This document shows, one piece after another, positions 27,641 to 39,600 of a stretch of 64,000 bases of DNA. The stretch comes from Nemertoderma westbladi (lineage: Eukaryota; Animalia; Xenacoelomorpha): the NCBI GenBank assembly GCA_032718475.1, contig JAUCBJ010007430.1, forward strand, positions 1 through 64,000, written 5' to 3'. Under the pieces are notes generated by a model that searched no databases, was not told where the DNA came from, and saw only the letters and a program-made list of their open reading frames with translations. Position numbers and translations under genes: made by a program. Numbering within the stretch: the first letter of the stretch is position 1; each line of letters starts with the position of its first letter.

Positions 27641-28577
27641 TAGATTTAGAGAGTTAGAGGGTTAGTAAGTTAGAGAGTTAGTAAGAGTCAGTAAGAGTTA
27701 GAGTGTTAGTAGAGCTAGAGAGTTAGTAGGGTTAGTAGTAAGAAGTGAGAGGGGGGCACATGGGTATAGCAGGACAGACCGTGTAGGCCGCACGAGACAT
27801 ACTACTGTACTGCACAGCCCATAGAGTAGGTCAGAATGTTGATACAGGGCCAGAAGGTTACCTGGTGCAGACTAGCACAGTAAGGAATAGCTAGTCTACC
27901 CTGTATGCAAACCATAGGGGTTATTTAGACAAATAATCCACTATGGATATTAATAGCACAGTAATAGGATTAAAAATTATAATAAAATTAAAATTCAATA
28001 AATTATAACAACAGTAGACAGAAAATTCTAGAACATAATAAAAGCAACTGACAGATTTAGGGAATTTCGAAAAATTATGCACTTTAGGGGGTACATAGGC
28101 TAATATAGTGTAAAAACCTAGTGTTCTGAGACAGATAGGCCATTATCGGACCGCACAGACCATCCTAACTACATCACTGATCTATTTTGAGCCTTGGTAA
28201 GGCACCACCTTGTAGGTGAGCGATCGGGAGCGTTCGAAATGCGGAGAGACTTGTCAGAAAGAGAAAGGCGGAAAGAGGTGGAAAGGAGATACTAGTAGAT
28301 TTCACCCAGAGGCATCCGGAGGAGAAGACGAGGGGATACTACGAGTGGTTAGAGAAGGGTCACAAGGCGCGAGCGCTGCAGGACCATTTCAGGGAGGTGC
28401 ATGAGAGGCGGCTGGTCGGGACCTACGGGACGCCGTCGCTAGACAACGTGATCCTCGACCATTTCCACTACGTAGTGAAGGGAGACGAGGCGAAGTTCGG
28501 GATACCGAAGTATCTGAGGGAACCACCGAGAAAGGACTGGAAGAGGTTCGTAGAGTCCATCAGCAGGGGAGGATAAA

Positions 28578-28965
28578 TGAAAATGTCACCGGTCTGCACT
28601 TAAGCTGACAACTGAGTAACTGAACCGGTATGGTAATATGTATTGACAATATATGTAATCACTCCTATGCTGCTGTGGCCTTTCATCCAGTGGATGCTCT
28701 CCCCCGCCCCTATTGGCTGATATTCTACTTCACGCCTCTCACCTCTCTGGGAGGGCTTCCCCCCTGTTGGCCCCTGTTGGTTCTTTTCCCTCCCAAGGTG
28801 GTTTGACCTCTGACCTCCCATTGTGTGGCTTTGGGTTTGTGTTGTCCCCGGTGTTGGATTGTGATACGAGATTGGTTATTGCCAGTCTCGTACCTCCAAC
28901 ATTGCTGAAAAGGTGCCACTTCCCAACTTTGTGAGGGTAATGCGGCGGAATTGAATCTGCTCACA
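28578..28965 (-). repeat. 3' LTR of C (~390 bp), preceded by PPT GGGGGGGGGAG
   Basis: The PPT (plus strand CTCCCCCCCCC at 28966-28976) abuts TGT. Homologous to 49388-49732 and ends ..GGTGACATTTTCA. Confidence 0.72.
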
Positions 28966-29408
28966 CTCCCCCCCCCATGCTATGATAAGATAGCATCACC
29001 TAAAAAGTGTGCTGCAATTCCGCTGGAACCCGATCTACTATCGGGTATGGGATGGAGTTCTTTTACTTGGAGTCGGCTTTCCAGGCCGCTCCCTCTGGGT
29101 ATGATATTACTACCCCTTCTTGGTGCAACCACAACCTATGTTGCACCAAGACATCTGGCGTCTCTGTTTGAGACAATTGTGGAATCTTCACACAATTTTA
29201 AAAACTCTCTCACTCTGAACTCTAACTTCTCACTCTAACTCCACTTACTCTATCTAACTTCACTCTGCTCTATCTCACCCTCTGACCTCTCTGTCCCTTA
29301 TTCTCTCTCTCTCACTACTCGCTCCCCACACTTGAATTGCACTCCACTTTCTCTCATCGTGTCAACACCTCCTCTCGATTCTTCCCCCGTTTGTGCTATT
29401 ATCATTAT

Positions 29409-30676
29409 TGATACTGTATATTGTGGTAATTAATATATGAATCAATTGCACAATAGAATACACCAATCGATTACACAATAGAGTTCACTAATCAATTACA
29501 CCATAGAGAATAAATATATTGATTTGTAAATATTATATTTTACAATATATGGATCAAATATCTACGCAAATCCCCCTGGTATCCCGGCGCCGTCCTCGAG
29601 CCCCAAACCACTTCGCCATCTCACCCGCGACCCTCGCAGGCAATGGGAAGTGCCGCGGATTATCGCGAACGATATGAGTGCGCGCGCGCACCCACCCCAT
29701 TACCAAACTTTATGGTTTCCCCAGTTGGTGTGTCTGTTGGTCTGCGATGATTCGCAACAGCTTATTGGCCTGCGGTGCCAGTATGCCGTCGCATGAGGCG
29801 ACGAAAGGGGAGAAATCACCTCGGCGGGCGGAAACTGCGACTGTATATAAGCGTTTCTTCTCCTCTTCCGCCGACTCCATTACCGACCTCACGGAGCGCC
29901 CAGCATAAGACACGGCGTCAAGGTTAAATGTACGTATGTCAATCAACGTCTGTGTCTGGGTACTGAACGCTCCCCTAATGCCGACATCGCATCGCAGACC
30001 AGCCCCGTCACCATCCTCGTGCTGCTCGAGGACCACTGGCTCGAGCATAACGTTTCGCGGTCCGAATGCCAGGGCCGCGAGGTCACCGACTGCGTTGCGG
30101 AGCTCGTTGTGGCGCTGAATCACTAAAATCACTCCCTTCTTTCAATTCAACCCGTGGTTGAGATCAAACCCAGCGCCACAACCGTTGCATCTGCAAGGGA
30201 CACCTACGAGGGGTCTACCATACCGGACAGCCACAGCGTCCCTAAACTCCCGGGGTGAGAGGTCGAACTGGTGTTCGGCTACCGGAAGAGTGGATAGCCA
30301 GCCGCCAGTCCTGAACTCCGCCGCCCGTTGGACAGCGACACGCTGGTGCTCCGCCATTCCTTCCAACGCTTCCTCCTGCTGGGCTTTCTCCATGCCCTGC
30401 CTCTCTTTCCGAGATGTCATGCGCGCTCCCTCCATGCACTTCAGGGGGGTGGCTAAGGGGAATGGCTCCTTCCCGGCGATCGCGTTCACCAGCAACTGTC
30501 TCCCAAGTTCTGATACAGCAAAGTTGGTATCGGCTTCGTTAACCGGGTTCCGCAACCCCAGACCACCCATTCGCGGAGACAGGGCAAACAACTTGCGTTC
30601 TGGTTGCGAAATTCGCCCATCGAAGACTGCCGGCAGGAACCTATCGCTGATCGCTTTTTCTAGCACATCGAACTGA
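29409..30676 (-). mobile_element. 5'-truncated CRE-like non-LTR retrotransposon (restriction-like endonuclease) inserted in C
   Basis: GGLGL, WL..LP, F.DAVAVRYG, C..CG..H, RHNELR, EP, RCD, IDIR, EEEKK.LY, FSPF: Zn and PD-(D/E)xK C-terminus. 13-bp TSD CTATTATCATTAT at 29396-29408 and 30677-30689. Confidence 0.85.
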
Positions 30677-31398
30677 CTATTATCATTATCATTATTATTA
30701 TTATCATTATCATTATTATTATTATTATCATTATTACTTACTACTTACTTGCTACTTACTACTTACTTCTACACTCTACTAATTCTACTAACTTTACTAA
30801 CTATACTAACTCTACTAACTCCTAACTCTACTAACTCTCTAACTACGTGGCGCTTTCGGTGCCCACAACCCCTCTCTGCTACTACCTCTATCTACATGGC
30901 GCTTCTGGTGCCCACAGCCCCTCTACTCTCTTTCTACGTGGCGCTTTCGGTGCCCACAACCTCTAACTCTCTCGGTACTATGTACCCTCCTACTCCCGTG
31001 GTATGTTTATATACCACACTCCCTATATCTGCCTACTTCTAACGCTAACGGTACTACGTACCCCTCTACTCCCGTGGTATGTTTATATACCACACTCCCT
31101 ATTCTGCCTACTTCTTACGGTACTCTTACTAACTTCTACTAACTTTCTAACTACTTACTAACTTTCTAACTTTCTACTTACTATCTTCTACTAACTTTCT
31201 TACTTCTACTTACTATCTAACTTCTACTTACTATCTTCTACTAACTTTCTTACTTCTACTTACTATCTAACTTCTACTAACTATTAATTTCTAACTTTCT
31301 ACTTATTTTATTTTGTTATTTATATTTATTCAGATTATTTGTGTGGGAAGGGCATCTTGCCCTCATTCCCACCCCCCTCAGTCCAACATATTGGATGA

Positions 31399-33519
31399 CT
31401 AAACTCTAAGGTGCCCCTTCTTCCAGTAGGCACTCTCCCACTGCCCCCCTATACGTCCTCTTATTCTTCGCCACACTTTCCTCGCCAATTCCAACCCTCT
31501 AGGAATTGATTCTCCCTCTTCGGCCACCCTAAAATTGGGTCTTCTTCTTAACTTCCTCGTCTCCAGGCAGCAAAATGCCACCCCCCACCTTGTCGTCTCC
31601 CAGCAGCAGAATGGAAAGAAACAGAAAGAACAGACAAAACAGAACGGACAATAGTAATCCTATCCCATTCCACCCTGTCTTGTTACTCGACCTCCCCCTT
31701 TTTGGTATGCCTCTCAACCAGACCGGCGTCTCCTCTGGACACTCCTCCGGACTGTTGTCCTCCGAACATCTCGCCGTCCACTCCTCTCCATCCCCACACC
31801 GATACTTGCTGGGAACATCCTTGTTCCATCCCATTGTCTCTAAGTCTTCCGTGTCGAATCCATTCTCCTCCGCCCACACTCTTGCTGTTACTTCCCCTTC
31901 TAGCTTATCTACCATCTCTGGTTTCTCCTCTACATCCTTAACGGTGCCTGGTAGCATGCACCCTGATGTCTCCGACACACTGTGTGGAATCTTGGTTTTA
32001 ATTAGGCCGCTAAGCGTCCATCCGAACGGCGTGAGAATCGCCGTCGGATCCCGCTGTCTGTCTTCCCCGAAGATCGTCTGTACTCTTTCGTGGGCCATCG
32101 GGCAGTCCATACCCACTATGATGGATACCTTCGAGATGTCCACCTCCGGTATTGAGAAATCGATATCGTCCAGGAACCGGTACTGCTCGACCTCGATGTT
32201 AGTTGGTCTCCTTGCATTTATGTTAATAGATTCTATTATCTGTATGGGGTCGATGGTCGCCCCATAGTCACATCCTGGTGCTATTGCTGATATCTCGCAC
32301 CGTCCCGTCCTCATCTCCAGGACCTCATCTTTACTCGAGATAGTAGTTACCACCAACCTACTCGGCCTCGTCTGTAACCCTATCTCCTTGGCCACCCAAT
32401 TCTCCACCAACGTAAAGGCTGCTCCGCTGTCGACCATCATCAATGTTGTGACTGATCGGCCGCCCCTTCCTGTTATCTTCACTGGTACTACCCCGAGTAG
32501 TACTTTCCTCTTTCTTCTTGCTCCTGTTGTGCTCGTAGCCATCATTTGCCTCCATTCTCATCGTCTCCTATCGCTGTTTCTCTACACTCTCCGGATCTGT
32601 GCCCTTCTACCACGCATCGATGACATAGTCTGTTTGCGTCCGCGTAGGCTACACGATCTTGTTTAGGCAACGCTTGCCAATGCTTACAACTCATGGTCTT
32701 ATGGGTTCCATCCCTATGCAATTGACATTCGAATCCTGGATTGTAGAGTTCCCTGTATAGTCCTTCACGTATCATGCGTAGATTTATATCTACCAATTTA
32801 GTGTTTTGGTTATTTGGACTCGGCCTACAGGGTGTGTTGGGATTTTGTTTGTTCGTGGTGTTATTTTCTTTCTGTCCCTGCCACGGTGTGGCCCTACTCC
32901 CAGCAAATCGTGGGCTTGTAGCCCCCTGTGTGGCTGCGTGTGGTATTGACTGTCTCACTCTTGGGAATGGATCTGTCGGATTATGTTTGGGTTTAGGCCT
33001 GTTGTATTCGGTCTTCGGCGCCTTGCCCAAACTATCCTCACTGTAGACTGGGTCTGTGATCAACTCTGCTTCGTAGTTGAGGAAGTTCGACATTTCCTCT
33101 AAGTCCGCACCTTTCTTCTCCCGAGTGGAGAAGGCGATCTTCCTCCACTTGCTCCGTAGCCAGATCGGCAGTGCCTGCGCTATTGTGGTGATGTTATTAG
33201 ATGCGTTGAGTTCGTATGGCGCGTCTAGTGTTTTCAGCATGATTAACGCCTTCTCGACCTTGTTCGCAAACATCTTTATGCTAACAGGGTTATCCTGTAG
33301 GCCACCCGATGTTATTCCCCTTAAGGTCTGCCGGATGATCTTGGCTGGGTGTCCATATTCCCTGTCCAGGGCCCGCCATGCAGTCGTGAAGCCACCCTCG
33401 ATGCCCTGATACTGCCTCACGATGTCGTACGCTGGGCCTCCTGTGTATACCTGTAGATATTTTAGGCACTCCGCCTGTGTCAGGTTCTTACTTAATATCT
33501 CATTGCTGTATATGCGCCG
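31399..33519 (-). pseudogene. gag: gag-protease of C followed by the integrase tail (RT, RH and IN core absent)
   Basis: ORFs 32542-33420 and 31529-32545; no RT motifs before the 3' region. Confidence 0.85.
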
Positions 33520-35448
33520 TGTTACGATATATGGCGCTGTGTACCTTTATCAGCCCGTTATACAGTATAAATATTTAGATAAGCCATAATGACGTGCAAT
33601 CATATTTAGATAAGGAAAATAAAATATCCATATTCGTAAATCTTATCCATTTTTGTACAGTATGTAGTCCTACCTATGCAATTTTGTAGTAAAATATAAG
33701 TAAATAGTTCTACGGTAGCAAGTTTCCTATGAAACCCTTGATATAAGCTTGCTGTTATTAGCCTCAATAGGACTAACTGTGTATTGGTTTTAATTTTCTT
33801 TATATTTGCGCTAAATTGGTTTTTATGTACCGTATTATTAGTACTGCTAAATTAAGCAACGCCAAAATTACCATATATGGTGACGATTTGTGATTCCAAG
33901 GAGCAATAGGTTCACAATCCGTCTTCCTTATTGGCCTAGCTGCTTCCAGGTTGGTCTAATCGTAGCGCGGATTGGGGAACCAACCAGAGAACTATTGCAT
34001 GATCCTTCGTGAATCACCTATAAATTGGCGGTATTTCCGGTATGTGTTTTTTGTAATTGTAATCTAGTGTGTAATTCTTTCTTAGTTTATCCACAATTTC
34101 AGTTTTTGCGTATTTCTGTATTTCCATTTGTTTTCTTGCTTATTTCTTGCTGTGTTTCTTAATCGATCTCAATGATTACCACCAATTACAATCAGAACTA
34201 TGAATTCTACCTCTTGATTAATGGTTCTATGTGATTAAGATGCGATAATCCCACAGGATTTCTTGAGACTGTCAGACTGTGTGATTGCATGCGCCGTTAT
34301 GGTAGCTATTCATCTGATGGAGGGCTAAGGTACCGGTAGGCGCGGCGGGCGCACTGGGGGGAAGCGACGGAGGGAAGTGCAGAGGATCCAAAGCGGGGCG
34401 ACGCTGGCGGGGGGCCACCGTTGCGGTCGGGGCTAGTCAGTTGAGGACCGGGGACCAGCCGCTGTTACAGTATTAGGGGGCTGACGATCCAGATTTCCGT
34501 CTCTACTTTGTAGTTTTAGGGGGGCAGAATTTGGGTTTAGTTAGGAGTCCCATCTGTGACTTTGGGTGACCTGTGGTTCTTACACTGACTGACTGATTGG
34601 ATGACTAATACTGGTATACTAATGTACTAATGTATGGGTATTTAGTGCACTAGCTGATTGGTGTAGTTAGCGCTATCTGCCGTACTACTAACTTAGTGCT
34701 ATGCTATTTGTGTTGTGTTGCTAAAGAGTGCCTGATTCTTAAATGTGAATGCTTTGATAGGCGCCTTTCCCTTCGATTGATTTCCATTTCTTAGTTTATG
34801 CTTATTTAGTTGCTAATTAGGTCAAAATAATACTGTATTTAGACTGTTGCTAGTATAAGCCCCAGTACGTAATAAATTAGAAGTACGTATTCTGGAATAT
34901 CTAGTAATTAGTACGCAAATTTGTATTTATGACTGTAATTAATTTAGCGATAAAATAAAATAAGAATTTGTACGCAGCATAGCGGAGAGTAGTTTAAGTA
35001 ATTGTTTTAGAATACTGTAGACTATTCACGCTAGGCGGTTATTTGAAAATAGCGGGGCAACGGACTGACAGCAGTGTCCAGTATACAGTACAGCAGTAGT
35101 AAGTTTGCTGGTCTAAAACCAGCCAAAGGCCAAGTTTCAGCACCTAGGAAAGTAATAGATCTGTCCCCGTAGATTATTAAAACATTCTCACATTCAATGT
35201 GTTCTGCCAGTGAATTCCAGTATTTTGCAATAAGTGAACTCCGAGTGCTAGGTCACCCGCACTCGTTTTAAGTAGCTTAGGGAGCCGATTCGGGTTTATT
35301 GTTTTGGTTATTCCCGCGTGGCTCATAGATTCGAACAGTTAGCTCTCTGTTGAGCGATCAACAGAGAAAGGAACAAGCGATTTGCAGGAGCCGTATAAAA
35401 TTAGTAAAATATATTAGTGGACGGCCAGGTTAGCGCCATCCAGCGGTG
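33520..35448 (+). repeat. 5' LTR of B (minimum extent 1929 bp)
   Basis: Highly similar to 45120-47077. Contains ATTGG/CCAAT boxes and TATAAA near 34019. Confidence 0.9.
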
Positions 35449-36633
35449 AGAAGCAGTTTTGTGTTTAGCAGCAGTGTGGCAGTAATAACGCTCTCGTGAT
35501 CGCCCCTGTTTAACAGTAAGAACCATCACTTTTATTTTTTGCTGTTGCTTTGCAACAGTAAGAAATATTTGTTCACTAATCGCGGAATACAGCAGTTCCT
35601 TGGGCTGTTAGGGTAGTGTAGTGTATTATTTGCTGTACTACTGTACTACCGGTACGCACACAGTAAGAACCACTTTGACTTACTGTACTACGCACAGTAA
35701 GAACCATGGTATTTTGCTGTTGCCTTGCAATAGTGATAATCATTTTTGTTTACTAATTGCAGAATACAGTAATTTATTGGGCCGTTAGGGTAAATTGTAA
35801 ATTAGTAAGTTTTGAAAATTTTAGCTAGGTTTGTGAGAATTCAGTTTCGGCCAAAATTTATATATAATAAAATCTAGAGTTTTTGTACCGGTATGTTAGA
35901 TAACCGCTTAGTTGTTTTATACCATCTGGAGATACATGGCGAGACGGAGCTTCTGAGTTTGGGGTTTGTGTGGGACTGCGGGTTCGGTTTGCAATCAGCG
36001 AAAAGACTGAAACTTTGGACGCGGACGTGGAATCTCACAGCAAACAAGGTTAGTTGTTCTGTTGGTACCATTGTATTTGTGGAAGCAGTAAAAAATTATT
36101 GTTGTTTAACTATTATTATTATTGATTATTAGTTGTTTAACTGCGAAACTGAACTCAATTTATTAGTTAGGATAGTTAGGTTTAGCCGGCCATGGTGTTT
36201 TGGATCGCTCAGTTAGAGAGAGAGAGAGAGTGTCGCAACCTGAAGGTGTAGCCACACGCTAGTGGATATATAAATAATATTTAAAAATAAAATTACATTG
36301 ATTTTGAGCTATATATATAAAGTTAGAAATATTTTGGGTGACAAATTCATTTTTTTTGAATTTTTTTAATTAGATTCAGAAAATATTTTGTGTCATACCG
36401 GTATTTAAATGCTATATAATAGCTATAGAATAATATTTTTGTTTAAATATTGTACTGGTATTTGCTATAACTATATCCTATTAAATTCACAATATTATAT
36501 TGCGAATTTATTTTGACATTTGAGACCAAAATAATTATTTGACAAATAATTTAATCGTATTATTGATTAAATTATATACATCTCGAATTTTGTGAGATTT
36601 TAGCCGGAAGGCAAATAATTATATACTTAGACA

Positions 36634-39600
36634 ATGAGTGTATCAGACAAGGAGGCACTAGAGGACAGTTATGAGACGGCGGCCGGACTGCCGACTGATA
36701 ACAGTGTAGACATAACTGTTGACGACAATGCAGACTATGACGACGCAGCGAGTGACGCTGACGTAAGTGAACAGGAGGATGAGACAGTAACTAGTGAGGA
36801 TGAGCCAGGTGAAGTAATATTATTAGGATCCCCTACTGCTACTGTAAGGAAGGATTGCACAGCAGCCCAGCCAGAGGTGAGTGATAGGGAGAGTAGTGTA
36901 GCAGAAGCGAGCCCGGTTTCCAGACCCGTGGGTATGGTAAGTGCCGTGGTCCCAGCGGCTGTAAGGAGTACCCATAGTTCCCGAAATAATCCCTCTAGTC
37001 CACCGAGTGTGAGTCAGGTAAGCGAACAGCAACTGGACATAGCGATAAAAAAGAAACTTCGCGCGCACGCCGGACATATAACCCGGACGACGGACAAGGT
37101 AAGGAAGATGCTAGCCGACTCTGGTAACATCGGAAGGGAAGGGTTGGTAGAGATTAGAAAGGGATACAACTCAGCGTTATTCAAACAGACGGAGGAGCTT
37201 GCAGTCCTAGCGAAGAGAGCAGTGGAGTCTCAGTCGAGCGACGTGGCGGTGAGGGTTTATGACAGGGTTTTAGCAGCCTTGTTAGAGCACCGCGCGTTAT
37301 CGGAGCGATTTTGACGAGTTAGGATGGAGAACTGGTTGCTATGGGCATCACAAGCACAGGCAACTCAGGTAAGCGACGCGGAGTCGAGGAACTTAGTGGA
37401 GCAGGAAGAGACCCAAGACAAGGAAAAGCGAAAGTATCAGAGGGAAGTCACCAGCTGGCTGATGCAGAGTGGAGTGGTGGTACCGGGTCAGGTGCTACCG
37501 ACGACGGACAACATCCAACAGAGGACGTTAACTCCACCCGACGACGCATCCAGAGACAGTGGCGATTCTCAGGTTAGTCACGCGCGAGGGAAGGTTATAT
37601 GCCCTAGATGCCTTGTTTCTCACAACTCGGCGGAGGAGAGAAGACGCCGACTAGACGAACAACAGGCAGAGGTTTTGCATGCCTCGGAGGCACGGAAGGA
37701 AGCCGAATGGGAATGGGAGCGCACACGTAAGTTAGACGCGAAGCTGCGCAAGTTGGAGGACATAAGTAAGCGTGAGCAAGCCAAATGCGAGCGCAAGGAA
37801 CGCGAACTTCAAGCCGAACGCAAACAGAAAGAACACAAACTCCGAATTGAATGCGAACAGAAAGAACGCGAACTCGAACTTGAACGCGAACGGGATGCGA
37901 AAGAACGCGAACTTCAATTCGAGCGCGAACAGAAGAAACGCGAATTCCAACTCGAACGCGAGCGCAAAGAACGCGAACTCGAGATCGAGAAAGAGCGACG
38001 CGCATTATACGAAGAGAAGGCGCGACTGGAAGAGGAGAGCGCAGCGAGACGAGCGAGGGAAGAAGAACAATGTAAACTAGCGCAGTTAGAAAGTGCGAGA
38101 CTAAACCTAGAGAGCGAAGAACGGACCAGGAAGGCGAATGAAATCGCCGAGAAGGGGATGCGAATGATTGAAGAATGTAGGGCGAGTGTAGGTACGGAGT
38201 TGCGAGAACTGTTCGCACAGCAGAAGGCCGAACAGGAAGCGAGAACTCAGGCTATACGCGAGTCGACAATGACCAGAATTCCTATACCCAGTCCAGCTAT
38301 TACGAGTACACGGATCGCTAAACCGTTCTCTACATATCGCATACCAGTTGGTATTAGTGCTTCACCCATCGCGCAGGATCCACACCGTCAGGACACCGCA
38401 CCACTACATACCGAACGAGAGGAAGAAGAGTTTAGAGGAGAAACTCCGATGGGCCGAGTATTGGGCGAACCGAACCGCGGGTTTGGAATACGCGATGTAG
38501 CGCCGACCCAGTTCGACAGAGAACTTCCGGGTTAAACTGGAAGAGGGATCATATGAGAGACAGCGGATTACTCAGATAGAGCCGACAGTACAGCAGAACC
38601 CTAGCCAGGAATTTATTACGAGGGATGAATTAAGTGCCAGTCTAGCGCAAGCTATATTGCCTCACATCCAACCTATAACGGACATGCTTAGTAACCTACA
38701 GTTAAAGGAAGCAGCCCAGGTAAGAAGTAATTCTAATCCTAGCAGGCCTGAGTTAGATTTAGTCAAACCTAGTCAACGAGTATGCATATCGGAGGCAACT
38801 ATACCACATAGACCTCAGGTAAGAACGCCTGTCCCTACGATTCATAATCCCAACTTCGTAAATTCGGCAGAAAGGTTTATACAAGAGGCCTGGGTCAGGG
38901 CTTCGGCACGCAAACCAACACGAGCGCTGAGGACTGACACAGACTCAAGTGATGAAGAGGAAGACATGAGACATCAGAAGTCCCAAAACCATAAGGAAAG
39001 AAGGACCGACGCGGAGCAGGTAAGTTTGTATCGCCGGGAAAGAACCAGACTTAATAACCCTGCAGAACTAAACCATTTGTTAACCTGGAACGACGCAACC
39101 CTTAGAGACATAGGTAAGTTTGCCGCTAGGCAAGGACTGCCGACGCAACAAACCCAAAAGTTTATGGGCAACCATAGGCATTGGAGGACGTTTAAAACCT
39201 ATGTCAACGAACAGCTGACCAACAGCACCTTTACTCCCAACGAGAAGTTCAACTATCTGCTTCAGATGCTCCATCGAGAACCTAGAGCCATTGCTGACAA
39301 CTTCGTCGGCAATGAAAGAGCATTTGAGTTAGCTATGAAGACACTTAGCGACATCTACGGGAATAAAACCAAGATGGCAGAGTTGATAGTGGAAGACTTG
39401 GGTAAGGGCGGAAGGATTACAACTCCATTAGAGCTGTTGAACTTAGCGAATGCTATTTCGAACGCATTAGACATCTTAAGGACGGTGAATCTACCTCATC
39501 ATGGTGATCACGCCAAAGTTTTGAAGAGCATAATAAGACGTTTAAACATGCGTTACCGACAGAAATGGCGCAAATTAGAGAATAAGTTAGAGGGTCAAGG

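Larger units (their letters stand above)
23051..28577 (+). mobile_element. BEL/Pao copy D (second family): 3' part of RT, RH, IN and long 3' region; cut by A on the left and by the C LTR on the right
   Basis: FNLTKF, YDPLG, MFSDAS, PKLEL, WTDS, NPADLLSRG, GVDMF, SDNGTNF, INSRP. The post-pol sequence is shared with C and C'. Confidence 0.9.
28578..33519 (-). mobile_element. BEL/Pao copy C: internally deleted D-family derivative (gag-PR, IN tail, 3' repeats, PPT, 3' LTR)
   Basis: Gag ORF 32542-33420 (CHRCVVEGHRSGEC) and PR ORF 31529-32545 (MMVDSGA). The last IN codons (RTYRGAVGECLLEEGAP*) and following sequence match D at 26885-27005. Confidence 0.87.
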
